From a virus (Duplodnaviria > Caudoviricetes), in the IMG/VR virus record IMGVR_UViG_3300010356_002872, positions 1 through 64,000 of that record: a stretch of DNA of 64,000 bases. One strand, written 5' to 3'. Shown here in pieces: positions 29,707 to 38,461 of this stretch (position 1 is its first letter; each line of letters starts with the position of its first letter). Position numbers and translations under genes: made by a program. The notes below the pieces were generated by a model. That model was not told the DNA's origin. It saw only the letters and a list, made by a program, of their open reading frames with translations, and did no database searches.

Positions 29707-29755
29707 GGTATAAGATCTATGTAATCAAAAGCTACACCTCACAAGTGTGGCTTTT
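29707..29755 (+). promoter_or_regulatory. GGTATAAGA promoter plus 5' hairpin (29727-29755)
   Basis: Recurrent motif; 11-bp stem followed by a U tract. Confidence 0.7.
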
Positions 29756-29801
29756 TCTTTTCTCAAATTTTTTCTAGCTAACCAATATGTAGGAGAAACC
29801 T

Positions 29802-30386
29802 ATGAAAAAGTTACTTGTCTTTATCAGCACGTCTCTTGTCGGCTGCGCCACCACTCAGTACGAAGTCAAAAAACTTGAAAACCAAAAATTTGAAATCAAA
29901 GGGGGTACTGCAGATGGCAAGATCGGCATTAACGAGAAGAACCAAGTTGTTATCAAAAAAGAACGGTCAGCGGACTATGAGCTCCGAGTCCAAGAGCTTG
30001 CCAACACACACCTCCAAGACAGAGCCGTCCGTGGAATGCACATGCTTAAGCTGTGCCGGTCAGATCTGGCGGATCCGCGGCTCGGGGGTACCGGAGAAAT
30101 TAGTCCAATTTCCGCCGTCGACGACTTGCACTCGCTCCCGGCTATCCGTGAAGAGATGGGGTTAGACAAGGACGGAAACCTTAACATTGTCTCAGAAGAG
30201 TTTTTTGAAGAGCGTTTACAGGCAGAGCGCAAGTACGGTAAAGCCCTTGACGGTATTATCAAGGTTACTGAAAAGCACACACTGTCTTGTGAAAACGATC
30301 TCCGAAAGGCCCGTCTGAGAGCAGGACTCCCCGCAGAGAAAGGCGGGAGTGACCTGGATCGAGAGTTTGCAAACTTAAACCAGTAG
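29802..30386 (+). CDS. Lipoprotein
   Basis: Signal peptide with lipobox LVGC; AGGAG RBS. Confidence 0.75.
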   Translation: MKKLLVFISTSLVGCATTQYEVKKLENQKFEIKGGTADGKIGINEKNQVVIKKERSADYELRVQELANTHLQDRAVRGMHMLKLCRSDLADPRLGGTGEISPISAVDDLHSLPAIREEMGLDKDGNLNIVSEEFFEERLQAERKYGKALDGIIKVTEKHTLSCENDLRKARLRAGLPAEKGGSDLDREFANLNQ

Positions 30387-30394
30387 GAGGAAGT

Positions 30395-30541
30395 ATGGTA
30401 AGGGTGAAGCTTATGTGCAACACCTGCTCTTATGAAGAGGAGCAGGAACGGCAAGCAGGTACTACGTTTGATGGGCTTAAGTGCCCAAATTGCGAGGACG
30501 GTGAGCTGGCAGAACAAAATGAGGAGGACGAAGAGGAGTAG
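30395..30541 (+). CDS. Small acidic zinc-ribbon protein (48 aa)
   Basis: Not in the track; AGGAGG RBS; CNTC...CPNC. Confidence 0.65.
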   Translation: MVRVKLMCNTCSYEEEQERQAGTTFDGLKCPNCEDGELAEQNEEDEEE

Positions 30542-30545
30542 CGTT

Positions 30546-30668
30546 ATGAGATTTACAAAATGGGGTATCTGTACGCTTATTTTTGGAATATTCCTAGTGA
30601 GCGGAGGAGCCTACTCCTTAGGAATATTCCTTGTGATAATAGGCATGCTATCGTTAATCCCGTGGTGA
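30546..30668 (+). CDS. Small membrane protein (40 aa)
   Basis: Hydrophobic; GAGGAG RBS. Confidence 0.55.
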   Translation: MRFTKWGICTLIFGIFLVSGGAYSLGIFLVIIGMLSLIPW

Positions 30669-30683
30669 CTGGCCATCAGAAAT

Positions 30684-30707
30684 CCGGGCGAACACCCGGT
30701 TTTTTTT
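30684..30707 (+). terminator. Rho-independent terminator
   Basis: CCGGG-CGAACA-CCCGG followed by a T run. Confidence 0.7.
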
Positions 30708-30715
30708 ATATTTTA

Positions 30716-30724
30716 GGTATAAGA
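30716..30724 (+). promoter_or_regulatory. GGTATAAGA promoter
   Basis: Recurrent motif upstream of the ORF at 30759. Confidence 0.7.
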
Positions 30725-30758
30725 GAGATGAGGTCACTAAATTTAAAGGAGGAGCCAG

Positions 30759-31244
30759 ATGTCTAAAAAAGATCGAGTTAAGTTTAAGGGCGAGGCGGTC
30801 ACGCCAGCACTTGTTTCTATGATTAAGAACTTTCTCAAAAGCCATCCTGACTGGTCGGAAGAACGTTTAGGACAGGCTGCGGGTTACGAAGGTAGGAGCG
30901 CTAAACACAGCATTTTAGAAATTATAGACCCCAGTAAAAGGCGAGGTAACTACAAGGGGGAGAAAAGAATTCATAAAACGCGGTACGACGGGATCATCAA
31001 GGTCATTGAAGAAAACAATGACGTCCGCCCAACGTCAGCTCCTAAGGAGAATGCATTTCCCTTCGACGAGCAGCTGTCAGCGGATAAGGTTCTTGAGGGT
31101 ATTAACAAAAAGTCAAAACTGATTAGTAAAACTATCGCGTTTGTAAACAACATTGAAGGAGAGAATGAGGATGAAAAAATGCAGCTCATCTCTATTTTAA
31201 CAAGCGCCCACTTTAAAAGAAAAACGGAGCACGTGACCTTATGA
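30759..31244 (+). CDS. Hypothetical protein (possible DNA-binding)
   Basis: AGGAGG RBS; WS...LG.AAGY is HTH-like. Confidence 0.6.
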   Translation: MSKKDRVKFKGEAVTPALVSMIKNFLKSHPDWSEERLGQAAGYEGRSAKHSILEIIDPSKRRGNYKGEKRIHKTRYDGIIKVIEENNDVRPTSAPKENAFPFDEQLSADKVLEGINKKSKLISKTIAFVNNIEGENEDEKMQLISILTSAHFKRKTEHVTL

Positions 31245-31711
31245 ATGAAGAGCTAAGAAAGAAAATGCAGCATATCGGTGAGGTGAGGAAAGCAACTGGT
31301 AAGCACTTATCTCGTCAAGAGATCCAAGACATGATCGATTCTGTCTATCTGTCTCCGGAGCCAAAAATGGCGCACGGAGTGGACTACATTGCCCAAGTTT
31401 GCTGCACCTTGGCAGCTGTTGAGCTGAGTGTTTTGGCTAGTATACGGGGTGGGATTTTAAAAGAAGGCACCCCTCCGGAAGAGCGAGAGAAGTTCTTTAG
31501 GATGGCGCTCGGGATTAAGAATATGGAGCTAACTCACCTCGTTCTGGGGGCTGTAGGGGACGGGAATCTGTCTAGAAAAGAAGCAGAGGACCTATGTCCT
31601 TATGACGTACATACGCCAGAATGGCATATCTACCATCAGGGAGTTGGGGAGGCACTCGGGGTTGATGGAGCGGCCGAGGCTCTCCGGGAGTATGAGGAGC
31701 ACAAAAAGTAA
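31241..31711 (+). CDS. Hypothetical protein
   Basis: ATGA coupling. Confidence 0.6.
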   Translation: MNEELRKKMQHIGEVRKATGKHLSRQEIQDMIDSVYLSPEPKMAHGVDYIAQVCCTLAAVELSVLASIRGGILKEGTPPEEREKFFRMALGIKNMELTHLVLGAVGDGNLSRKEAEDLCPYDVHTPEWHIYHQGVGEALGVDGAAEALREYEEHKK

Positions 31712-31880
31712 TCATATCTGTCTGCACCTTAATTAAGCAGACCCCGCAGCATCGAGCAAAGTTGTTGTGTGGTCTGTCTATTTTTTACCCCCACGCCGTG
31801 CCTGCAAATTGAACAAACCAAACAACACAAAGCAGTCTTGTTGCGTGGTCTGTTTAAAAATTAATCAGCTTATTTTTTAG

Positions 31881-32215
31881 GCAATATACTTGTTTAATAA
31901 AATCAAATACTTACATAAGTTAGTGGATTCATTAAGTAAAGCACCTGTTCAATAACTACACAGCACTTTACTTATAAATATCGGATACTTACGTAATATA
32001 GTGAAATGACTGAGGAATAAAATTGTTTAGTTATAACAGCGACTTACATAAGTTATTGGATTTATTAAGTAAAGTGTCTGTTCAATAACTATACAGCACT
32101 TTACTCAGAGATATCAGGTGCTTATATAAGTATCTGATTAGATTGAGCAATAAATTTGTTTAACTAAATCAGTGCCTTAACTAACTCTTTGTTTTTATTA
32201 AGTAAAGTGCTGGTA
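31881..32215. repeat. About 2.5 tandem degenerate 133-bp repeats containing IHF-consensus sites
   Basis: ATTAAGTAAAG at 31931, 32064 and 32197 (period 133); WATCARNNNNTTR matches at 31901, 32112, 32127 (minus) and 32167. Confidence 0.85.
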
Positions 32216-32247
32216 CGTCATTTTGGCCTGTTTATTAATTATACAAA

Positions 32248-32630
32248 GTTCCCAGAAGTGGGGTTTGAAGCAAGTTTTTTTTTGAATTTTTTCGGTCAAG
32301 TGGGAACTGTTTTTCCTTAAAGACTGGAACTTGGCCTAGGCCAGAAAACCTAATATATATATATATTTATACTATAATAATAAATATATATATATATACG
32401 GTTCCCGAAGTACCCACATATTCACTGTTATATAAGAAAGCTTATGGAGAAAATAAAAAAAATACACACACACCTTTTTTTACGTACACGCATATATAGT
32501 CTGTTATGCACTGGATTTGTGGGAACGTGGGAACCGGAGCGCAACCACCTAACTTCATTATTAAATAACAGGGTAGCTGGTACTCAAACTGAAATTTCAT
32601 CTGGGGTAGGAAAGTGGGTACTTCGTAACA
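32248..32630. other. Putative replication origin: GTGGGAAC/GTTCCC iterons flanking a (TA)n core
   Basis: Motif copies at 32248, 32300, 32401, 32519, 32527 and 32614 in both orientations; TA-rich quasi-palindrome at 32351-32398. Confidence 0.55.
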
Positions 32631-32675
32631 TACTGTTTTTACTAGACTACTTTTTAGAAGCATCTCGCCTTTTTA

Positions 32676-32684
32676 GGTATAAGA
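32676..32684 (+). promoter_or_regulatory. GGTATAAGA promoter
   Basis: Recurrent motif upstream of the ATPase gene. Confidence 0.7.
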
Positions 32685-32724
32685 ACTAAGTAACGAATTT
32701 TATTAAAGAAAGAGGTACACAGAC

Positions 32725-34506
32725 ATGATAAAAAGTGTTTTCATTAAAGATTTTAGAGGCTTAAGAGAGGCAAGTTTTTCCCTCCCCCTGATTGCTCACA
32801 TTTTGGGCAAGAACGAAGCCGGCAAGACAACCATCGGCCACGCGATCTCTTTTGCCTTCACCGGCCGAGACCTGTTCGGAAATCGAATGCCAACCCACCT
32901 AATCTCAACAGGAAGCGATTCTTTGGAGGTCCGGGTAGAGACAGCTAAGGCGACCATAAAACGAACCCTGACGGCCAAGAAGAGCTCCACGATCAGGCTT
33001 ACCATCGGAGAGGTCGGGCACACCCTGACCCAAGACCAGCTTGAGCAAAAACTAAGATGCTCCAGTGACCTTTTCCTCTCGGTGTTTAACCCGGGATTTT
33101 TCTGGACTCTACCGGAAGCAAGGAAACTTGAAGTTCTAAGTGAAGTTCTTCCACCGTTCAACACCCTGGGCTTTTTAGAGTCCTACCTAGCGTTCACGAT
33201 ACCGCAGGAGGATATTGACTCCTTTGGCCTACTGACAAGAAGGCCAGATACCGCAGCGACCGCAGTCGCAGGCTCGCGGAATGCGCTTGCAAGACAACTC
33301 AACATAATCGACGGGCAGATTAGAGAGCTGTCTTCTAGGAACGTGCACGTAGAAAAACCTACACCGCCTCCGGAAGTGTCCCTCCTCCCTGCTCTAGAAA
33401 GCATAAAAAAGTCTTGGGACGATTTTAGGAGAAACTACGCACTTTTTAAATCCTCGCTCACGGCGGTCGAGTCCGTCGTACAGCGAAACAATGAAATAAG
33501 AGAAAGGCGTAAAGCAGTAGAGGAGGAACTCCAAAAACTCAAACCTGACGGCAGTCTCGCTCATAGACTTTCAGAGGTTGAGGGAAAACTCCTAAGCATT
33601 ACTTCAGCGCTGCAGGTAACCCGACGTAGTATGGAAGGTATAGACACTAATGTTACACTCATCAAAGAAGTTAACTCAGATGTATGCCCTACTTGCGGCC
33701 AGGTGGTAGGGTTAAAGCACAGGGAGCGGGTAAAGGAGGAAAATAACAACCGCCTTCTAGAGTTTGAACGTGAGAGAAAACTTGTAGAGGAGCGAAATGC
33801 AAAAAGAGCAGAAGAGATTTCCTGCCTCGAAGAACAAAGAAAGGAGTGTGAGGATGAAAGAGCAAAAATTGTGTCTTACGCCAATTCAATACATCGGCGG
33901 ACGGCGGAGTTGGAAGGAGAGCTTACGGCTCTTAAAGATCTACCCGTTCCCCCTGTTCCTACCCACCCGGAGCCACCATCAGAAAATGAGCCTGACCCTA
34001 AAGAAGAACAAAGAATTCGTAGTGTGGTCGAGCATTTTAGCCGAAAACTGGTGGAATTTGAATACGCCCAAAAAGAAGCTCTGGCAGCTGATCAGAAGAT
34101 TTCTTCCCTTTTAAGCGAGCAGAAAACCCTGACGGTACAGCGGGATCACCTTGCAAAGCTGGAAGAAGCCCTAAAAGAGCTGCCGTCTGCGAAAAGAAGG
34201 CAGCAGGCGGAAGATCTCCGTATGGAGGGTTACGTCCTGGAAGCCGATGACTCGGGAGTTAGTTTAAAGAGAGCCGACGGCATGCCCCATCAGCTTCTTT
34301 CTACGGGAGCCCTCATCAAAGCAAACCTCACCTTTTCCCTAAAACTTAATTCCATGATGAAGCCACCGATCAATATGATGTTTATCGATAACGCAGAGCT
34401 TTGTGACGACATTAGGATTCCAGAAAGCGGTTTACAAGTACTCATGGCGTATGTATCTAAAGAGCACAAAGACGTCGAGATCCGAGACATCGGAGGTCGG
34501 ACATAA
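32725..34506 (+). CDS. SbcC/Rad50-like (gp46-like) ABC ATPase
   Basis: GKNEAGKTT Walker A, coiled coil, CPTCG zinc hook, LSTG signature, FIDNAE Walker B. Confidence 0.85.
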   Translation: MIKSVFIKDFRGLREASFSLPLIAHILGKNEAGKTTIGHAISFAFTGRDLFGNRMPTHLISTGSDSLEVRVETAKATIKRTLTAKKSSTIRLTIGEVGHTLTQDQLEQKLRCSSDLFLSVFNPGFFWTLPEARKLEVLSEVLPPFNTLGFLESYLAFTIPQEDIDSFGLLTRRPDTAATAVAGSRNALARQLNIIDGQIRELSSRNVHVEKPTPPPEVSLLPALESIKKSWDDFRRNYALFKSSLTAVESVVQRNNEIRERRKAVEEELQKLKPDGSLAHRLSEVEGKLLSITSALQVTRRSMEGIDTNVTLIKEVNSDVCPTCGQVVGLKHRERVKEENNNRLLEFERERKLVEERNAKRAEEISCLEEQRKECEDERAKIVSYANSIHRRTAELEGELTALKDLPVPPVPTHPEPPSENEPDPKEEQRIRSVVEHFSRKLVEFEYAQKEALAADQKISSLLSEQKTLTVQRDHLAKLEEALKELPSAKRRQQAEDLRMEGYVLEADDSGVSLKRADGMPHQLLSTGALIKANLTFSLKLNSMMKPPINMMFIDNAELCDDIRIPESGLQVLMAYVSKEHKDVEIRDIGGRT

Positions 34507-34757
34507 TGGGAAGAGTAAAGGAGAAGATGATGCGAGATGAAGAGGAAGTTCGCGAGGAGCTAGAAGGAGTCGAAGACGATGTTCTTGTTGACGCTGTCTT
34601 AGAGTGGGCAGACGAACAAGAAAACTTTGACCGCTCCTTTTTAGAGTCACTTCAAGACTGGCTTGAAGATAATGACAATCTGACAGAGGGGCAGAGAAAA
34701 GCGGTTGAAAAAATAGTTCATAAGTTTGATATCGACTTGGACGATTACCTGCTCTAA
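34506..34757 (+). CDS. Small highly acidic protein
   Basis: 83 aa, D/E-rich; GGAGG RBS. Confidence 0.65.
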   Translation: MGRVKEKMMRDEEEVREELEGVEDDVLVDAVLEWADEQENFDRSFLESLQDWLEDNDNLTEGQRKAVEKIVHKFDIDLDDYLL

Positions 34758-35009
34758 TCACCACTTCTTTAAGGGGCACTGACTCACCTGTAAGGCAGCC
34801 TTCAGGTGGACAAAGCACCCACACTCAAGACACCTCTGGCCGGTAAACTTCTCACACTTTGAGCAAGCGGCGATCCTTTTTTCTATGAGAACAGGATCAG
34901 CGGCTATCTCTCTTGTCTTTACGGCATGAGTGAGCGCGTTAGCCATTGTCTTTGCCAGGTCAGAGGCGCTTCTTCCAAGGTTTGGAAGGTTTGTACAACA
35001 TTTACGCAT
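34758..35009 (-). CDS. Cys-rich small protein (DUF6171-like)
   Basis: R...C..C.....C..CGCF...KA.....CP..KW. Confidence 0.65.
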   Translation of the reverse strand: MRKCCTNLPNLGRSASDLAKTMANALTHAVKTREIAADPVLIEKRIAACSKCEKFTGQRCLECGCFVHLKAALQVSQCPLKKW

Positions 35010-35020
35010 AGGAGACTTTC

Positions 35021-35512
35021 ATGTCAGGAGATTTTGAAATCGTAGGGGTGTCTCAGCCTCTTGCCGCTCTAATCAATAATATCATAAAAGACGGAGACCA
35101 TGCTGTTATAGAGAAAATACTGAATGGCGTTAACGAACTAAGTGAAGTAATCAATAAATACCCTGCAGGGAATGACAGGGTTGTGGAGCTTCACAAGTGG
35201 GTTGACGAGTACATTAAAGACGATGACAAAGGACTCTTGCCTACGGAGAAGGAGGTATCGTGTAGCACTGGTTGTAGCGCTTGCTGCTCGATCTTGGTGG
35301 AGGTACATGATGAAGAAGCGGATTACGTCTACGGAGTCATCAAGAGAAAGGGAATTTCACTTGATAGAGAGAGGCTTCTGGAGCAATCGTCTTACTCGAT
35401 GTCTGATTACCAGAAAAACTACTTCTCTGGAAAATCAAAATGCGCGTTTCTTGGTGAAGACAACCTATGTACGATATACGAAGAACGGCCTTCTCACCAA
35501 GGGAACGTTTAA
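35021..35512 (+). CDS. YkgJ/CxxCxxCC-family Cys-cluster protein, apparently C-terminally truncated
   Basis: C..GCS.CC ... CAFL....C.IYEERP, but lacks the usual following xxCR. Confidence 0.65.
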   Translation: MSGDFEIVGVSQPLAALINNIIKDGDHAVIEKILNGVNELSEVINKYPAGNDRVVELHKWVDEYIKDDDKGLLPTEKEVSCSTGCSACCSILVEVHDEEADYVYGVIKRKGISLDRERLLEQSSYSMSDYQKNYFSGKSKCAFLGEDNLCTIYEERPSHQGNV

Positions 35513-35769
35513 CTACCGCTCCTGGTGCCTGACCCCAGTTATAGAGATGTTGTGTCACGTGAATGAGATCGATTCTAATATCTCGAAGGAGCGTGAGAAG
35601 GTCACCTCATTTCTAGAAAAGACTACCCCGATTGAGATTGAAGTTACAGGCGCGTCCGAGTGGGAGCATACCGCACTTTATGATTGCGCAAAGGAGCTTC
35701 GGATGCTTAACTCAACCATAGCGATGGCACACGCGATCCCTAAACTTTCATTAGAATAAGGCAACTCAG

Positions 35770-35973
35770 ATGGATGTAAAAACGCTCAGTAAGGAAGTTC
35801 AGATCCTTCAAACACGACTTGAGAAGTTTGAGGACGCTCTGCTCGAAGGTAAAGGCGATCGGGAGGGTATCAAGGACTCCGTAGCGTACTACCGAGGAGA
35901 GGTGGCTAAGGTGCGTGATAAGTACATGTCACTCATATCGGCAGTGAATAAAGAGATCTCTGGCAACGACTAA
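35770..35973 (+). CDS. Small coiled-coil protein
   Basis: 67 aa ORF in the operon. Confidence 0.5.
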   Translation: MDVKTLSKEVQILQTRLEKFEDALLEGKGDREGIKDSVAYYRGEVAKVRDKYMSLISAVNKEISGND

Positions 35974-36023
35974 CAACAAAAGGCTCTTAACCGGGCCTTA
36001 CTTTTTTTACCATAGGGGTTGGT

Positions 36024-36752
36024 ATGCAAGAAAAAGAAGAAGAGCAGTATTTCGGAGATTTGTTCGCTAAGACAATCTCTGAGGCTGTTGACGACGTCGA
36101 GAAAGAAGATACTCCGCCGAAAGAGATAGCGGAAGGCACTGACGAAGATCTACCAAAGGAGAAAGAGTATAAAGACCACAAGTACCGCTCTTTTTTTGAA
36201 ACGTATACTGAGGGCCCCAAGAAGGAACTTACCCTGGCAGAGGCGGTTCGGATTGCCGTTACCCCAAGGGTGTTCTTTTCAAAAAGGCTTGCCCCACCGT
36301 TCACGGTCTGTAACGCGAGGGTTTTTTGCGGGGGAGGGTATCTTCTAAAGAGTGATATCGTAATTCCAGAAGCAGCTGAAAGACTTCACCACGTCGCCGA
36401 GCTCTTTGGGGTTACTCTTGAGATAACCTATGAAAGCAGCGGAGAAGCCCTCTGGTCGTCAGACACCCCGACTTTATGGCGCGGCGGTAACCCATACGGC
36501 GATGCCCCTGTCCCCATCGCGTCTGTCATGGAGATGATGACCGAGATCGCCGATAGGCAAAAAGAGCAATGGCACAAAGACCACATGGAAAATGTGTTTA
36601 CACAGGACCCTAAGAAGATAAAGAAAGCGAGCACGGGAACAAAGGTGACCTATACGGTAAGCATCGCTGGCAAAAAGAAGAAAGCCGCGAAGAAGGTGAC
36701 TAAAAAAGTAGCTAAGAAGAAAGTGATCAAAAAGAAGAAAGGGCGAAAATGA
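36024..36752 (+). CDS. Hypothetical protein with acidic N-terminus and Lys-rich C-terminal tail
   Basis: KKKKAAKKVTKKVAKKKVIKKKKGRK. Confidence 0.65.
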   Translation: MQEKEEEQYFGDLFAKTISEAVDDVEKEDTPPKEIAEGTDEDLPKEKEYKDHKYRSFFETYTEGPKKELTLAEAVRIAVTPRVFFSKRLAPPFTVCNARVFCGGGYLLKSDIVIPEAAERLHHVAELFGVTLEITYESSGEALWSSDTPTLWRGGNPYGDAPVPIASVMEMMTEIADRQKEQWHKDHMENVFTQDPKKIKKASTGTKVTYTVSIAGKKKKAAKKVTKKVAKKKVIKKKKGRK

Positions 36753-37195
36753 GCAAAGCCGTGTTTTTTGACTTAGACGGAACAATCCGCACCACAAAGT
36801 CGGGGGATGTTGCTCCAGCTTACCCGTGGGACCAGGTTGTTCTTCCTGGGAGAAAAGAGAAGATCGCGGAGCTTAAACAAAAGGGTTACAAGATTATCGC
36901 TGTGACAAATCAGGCTGGGGTTGAGCACGGACATCTGACAGAAGGGGACGTTTTACTATGTCTGTACGACCTCGACGAGTCTCTTGGGTTTCCATTTGAC
37001 GATATGCTTTATGAAAAATCAAAGGACCCCGCGCACCCGCGCCGGAAACCAAATCCTGGGATGATTCTTGAAGCGGCCGAGAAACACGGCATCAGTCTGA
37101 AGGACTCCGTGATGGTGGGTGACATGGAGAGTGATCAGAAAGCCGCCGAGAACGCCGGGGTCAGTTTCTCGTGGGCGAAAGACTTCTTTGGTTAG
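36749..37195 (+). CDS. HAD-IIIA phosphatase (GmhB/polynucleotide 3'-phosphatase-like)
   Basis: DLDGT, TNQ, RKPNPGM and VGD...D motifs. Confidence 0.85.
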   Translation: MSKAVFFDLDGTIRTTKSGDVAPAYPWDQVVLPGRKEKIAELKQKGYKIIAVTNQAGVEHGHLTEGDVLLCLYDLDESLGFPFDDMLYEKSKDPAHPRRKPNPGMILEAAEKHGISLKDSVMVGDMESDQKAAENAGVSFSWAKDFFG

Positions 37196-37314
37196 TGGTT
37201 GTTTTTACTAATATTTGTACTCGTCATGTAAAAAGGTGGTCCGTTTTATTAGTGGGTTTGCGCGCGGTCAGGCGATAATGGAGGTTGAGACCTTTTAACC
37301 TTAAGGGGCCGCCT

Positions 37315-37674
37315 ATGACCAAGGTACTTGTGGTTGATGATAGCGATAGTTTTCGGTTTGTAGTCTCTGAGATGCTCAAACTTCGAGTCCCCGGTGTGGA
37401 CATTGTGGAGGCAGATGATGGCTCCCAAGGGCTTGAGATCCTTGAGAAGTACGACTACAACTTTGATGTTATCGTGACTGATCTTCAGATGCCCATTATG
37501 GATGGCGAGGAGTTTGCAAAGAACGTTAGGTTCGTGGATAAGCAGGTGCCCCTCTTCCTTATTTCTAGCTGGACACCTGGGGTAAAAAATGTAGATTTGT
37601 TCACTGGAATCTATGATAAGGCTTATGTCGCAGATCTTGTCTCTGACATAAAAAAACTCAGGAGTAGCCCTTAA
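37315..37674 (+). CDS. Stand-alone response-regulator receiver (CheY-like)
   Basis: VLVVDD...DG..GL.......DVIVTDLQMPIMDG. Confidence 0.85.
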   Translation: MTKVLVVDDSDSFRFVVSEMLKLRVPGVDIVEADDGSQGLEILEKYDYNFDVIVTDLQMPIMDGEEFAKNVRFVDKQVPLFLISSWTPGVKNVDLFTGIYDKAYVADLVSDIKKLRSSP

Positions 37675-38009
37675 TGTTTTTACGACTGACACGCGCCGGT
37701 GACGTGCAAGCGCACCTAACCCCTTATATTATGATCAGAGTCTGCGCGTTTAACCACATGGTCCGCGTCCTCCCTGCTGACGGTAACCCCGCGTACACCT
37801 TTATCGGGCGAGCTGTGCTTAACGCCAATGGTCACGAGCTTGGTGACTCTGTTGTGGAGACTCCCGAGCAGATCGCTGCGTTAGAGGAGTTCGCCCTTAG
37901 GCAGTCCTCTGCCACTGAAGGGACTACGTACCCCTGCGACGATGAAGTCTCACTCGTAGTGTTGAGCGACGGGCTCTTTGGGTTTGAGCCGTATCCGGAG
38001 AGCAAATGA
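37674..38009 (+). CDS. Hypothetical protein
   Basis: Coupled ORF. Confidence 0.5.
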   Translation: MFLRLTRAGDVQAHLTPYIMIRVCAFNHMVRVLPADGNPAYTFIGRAVLNANGHELGDSVVETPEQIAALEEFALRQSSATEGTTYPCDDEVSLVVLSDGLFGFEPYPESK

Positions 38010-38233
38010 CTATCTCTAGTCTTAAAGCGGAGGCAGAAGCCTTGGCAGGTCGGCCCCTTGAGGTTGAAGCCTTAACGACCGGCAAGAAGGTCGTGGCGTG
38101 GATGAGCTTTTCGGCCCCTCCCCCACCTCCTGGGGATACCGAAGAAGAGGCGCTTAAGAACTTCATTGCCCATATCCAGGCGCACAGCCCTAAAAACCTA
38201 CCTGATGTAGAGGACCAGCCTCAGGTCACTTGA
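38006..38233 (+). CDS. Hypothetical protein
   Basis: ATGA coupling, GGAG RBS. Confidence 0.55.
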   Translation: MTISSLKAEAEALAGRPLEVEALTTGKKVVAWMSFSAPPPPPGDTEEEALKNFIAHIQAHSPKNLPDVEDQPQVT

Positions 38234-38461
38234 AACTATTGCATCCTAGGGGAACTCACTGTAACATAACCTTCGGAAAAACATTTCTGGAGAACAGTTA
38301 CATGAGTCCCGCGCTTTCGCTTCATTTCTCACGTCTTATTTCCCCCACTTACAATCTAGTCTCTAGTCACATCGACTGCGCTTGTGTGCTTTCTCCACTT
38401 TTTTTATCTCTTACGGTGGGGTACCACTAAACTATATCAATATATTTTGAAAGGTCTTTTT

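Noticed and set aside
31881-32215. CRISPR array
   Set aside because: The units are 133-bp degenerate tandem repeats similar along their whole length, with no constant repeat plus unique spacer pattern and no cas operon
32442-32689. ORFs inside the origin-like region
   Set aside because: Low-complexity translations of iteron and AT-rich DNA on both strands
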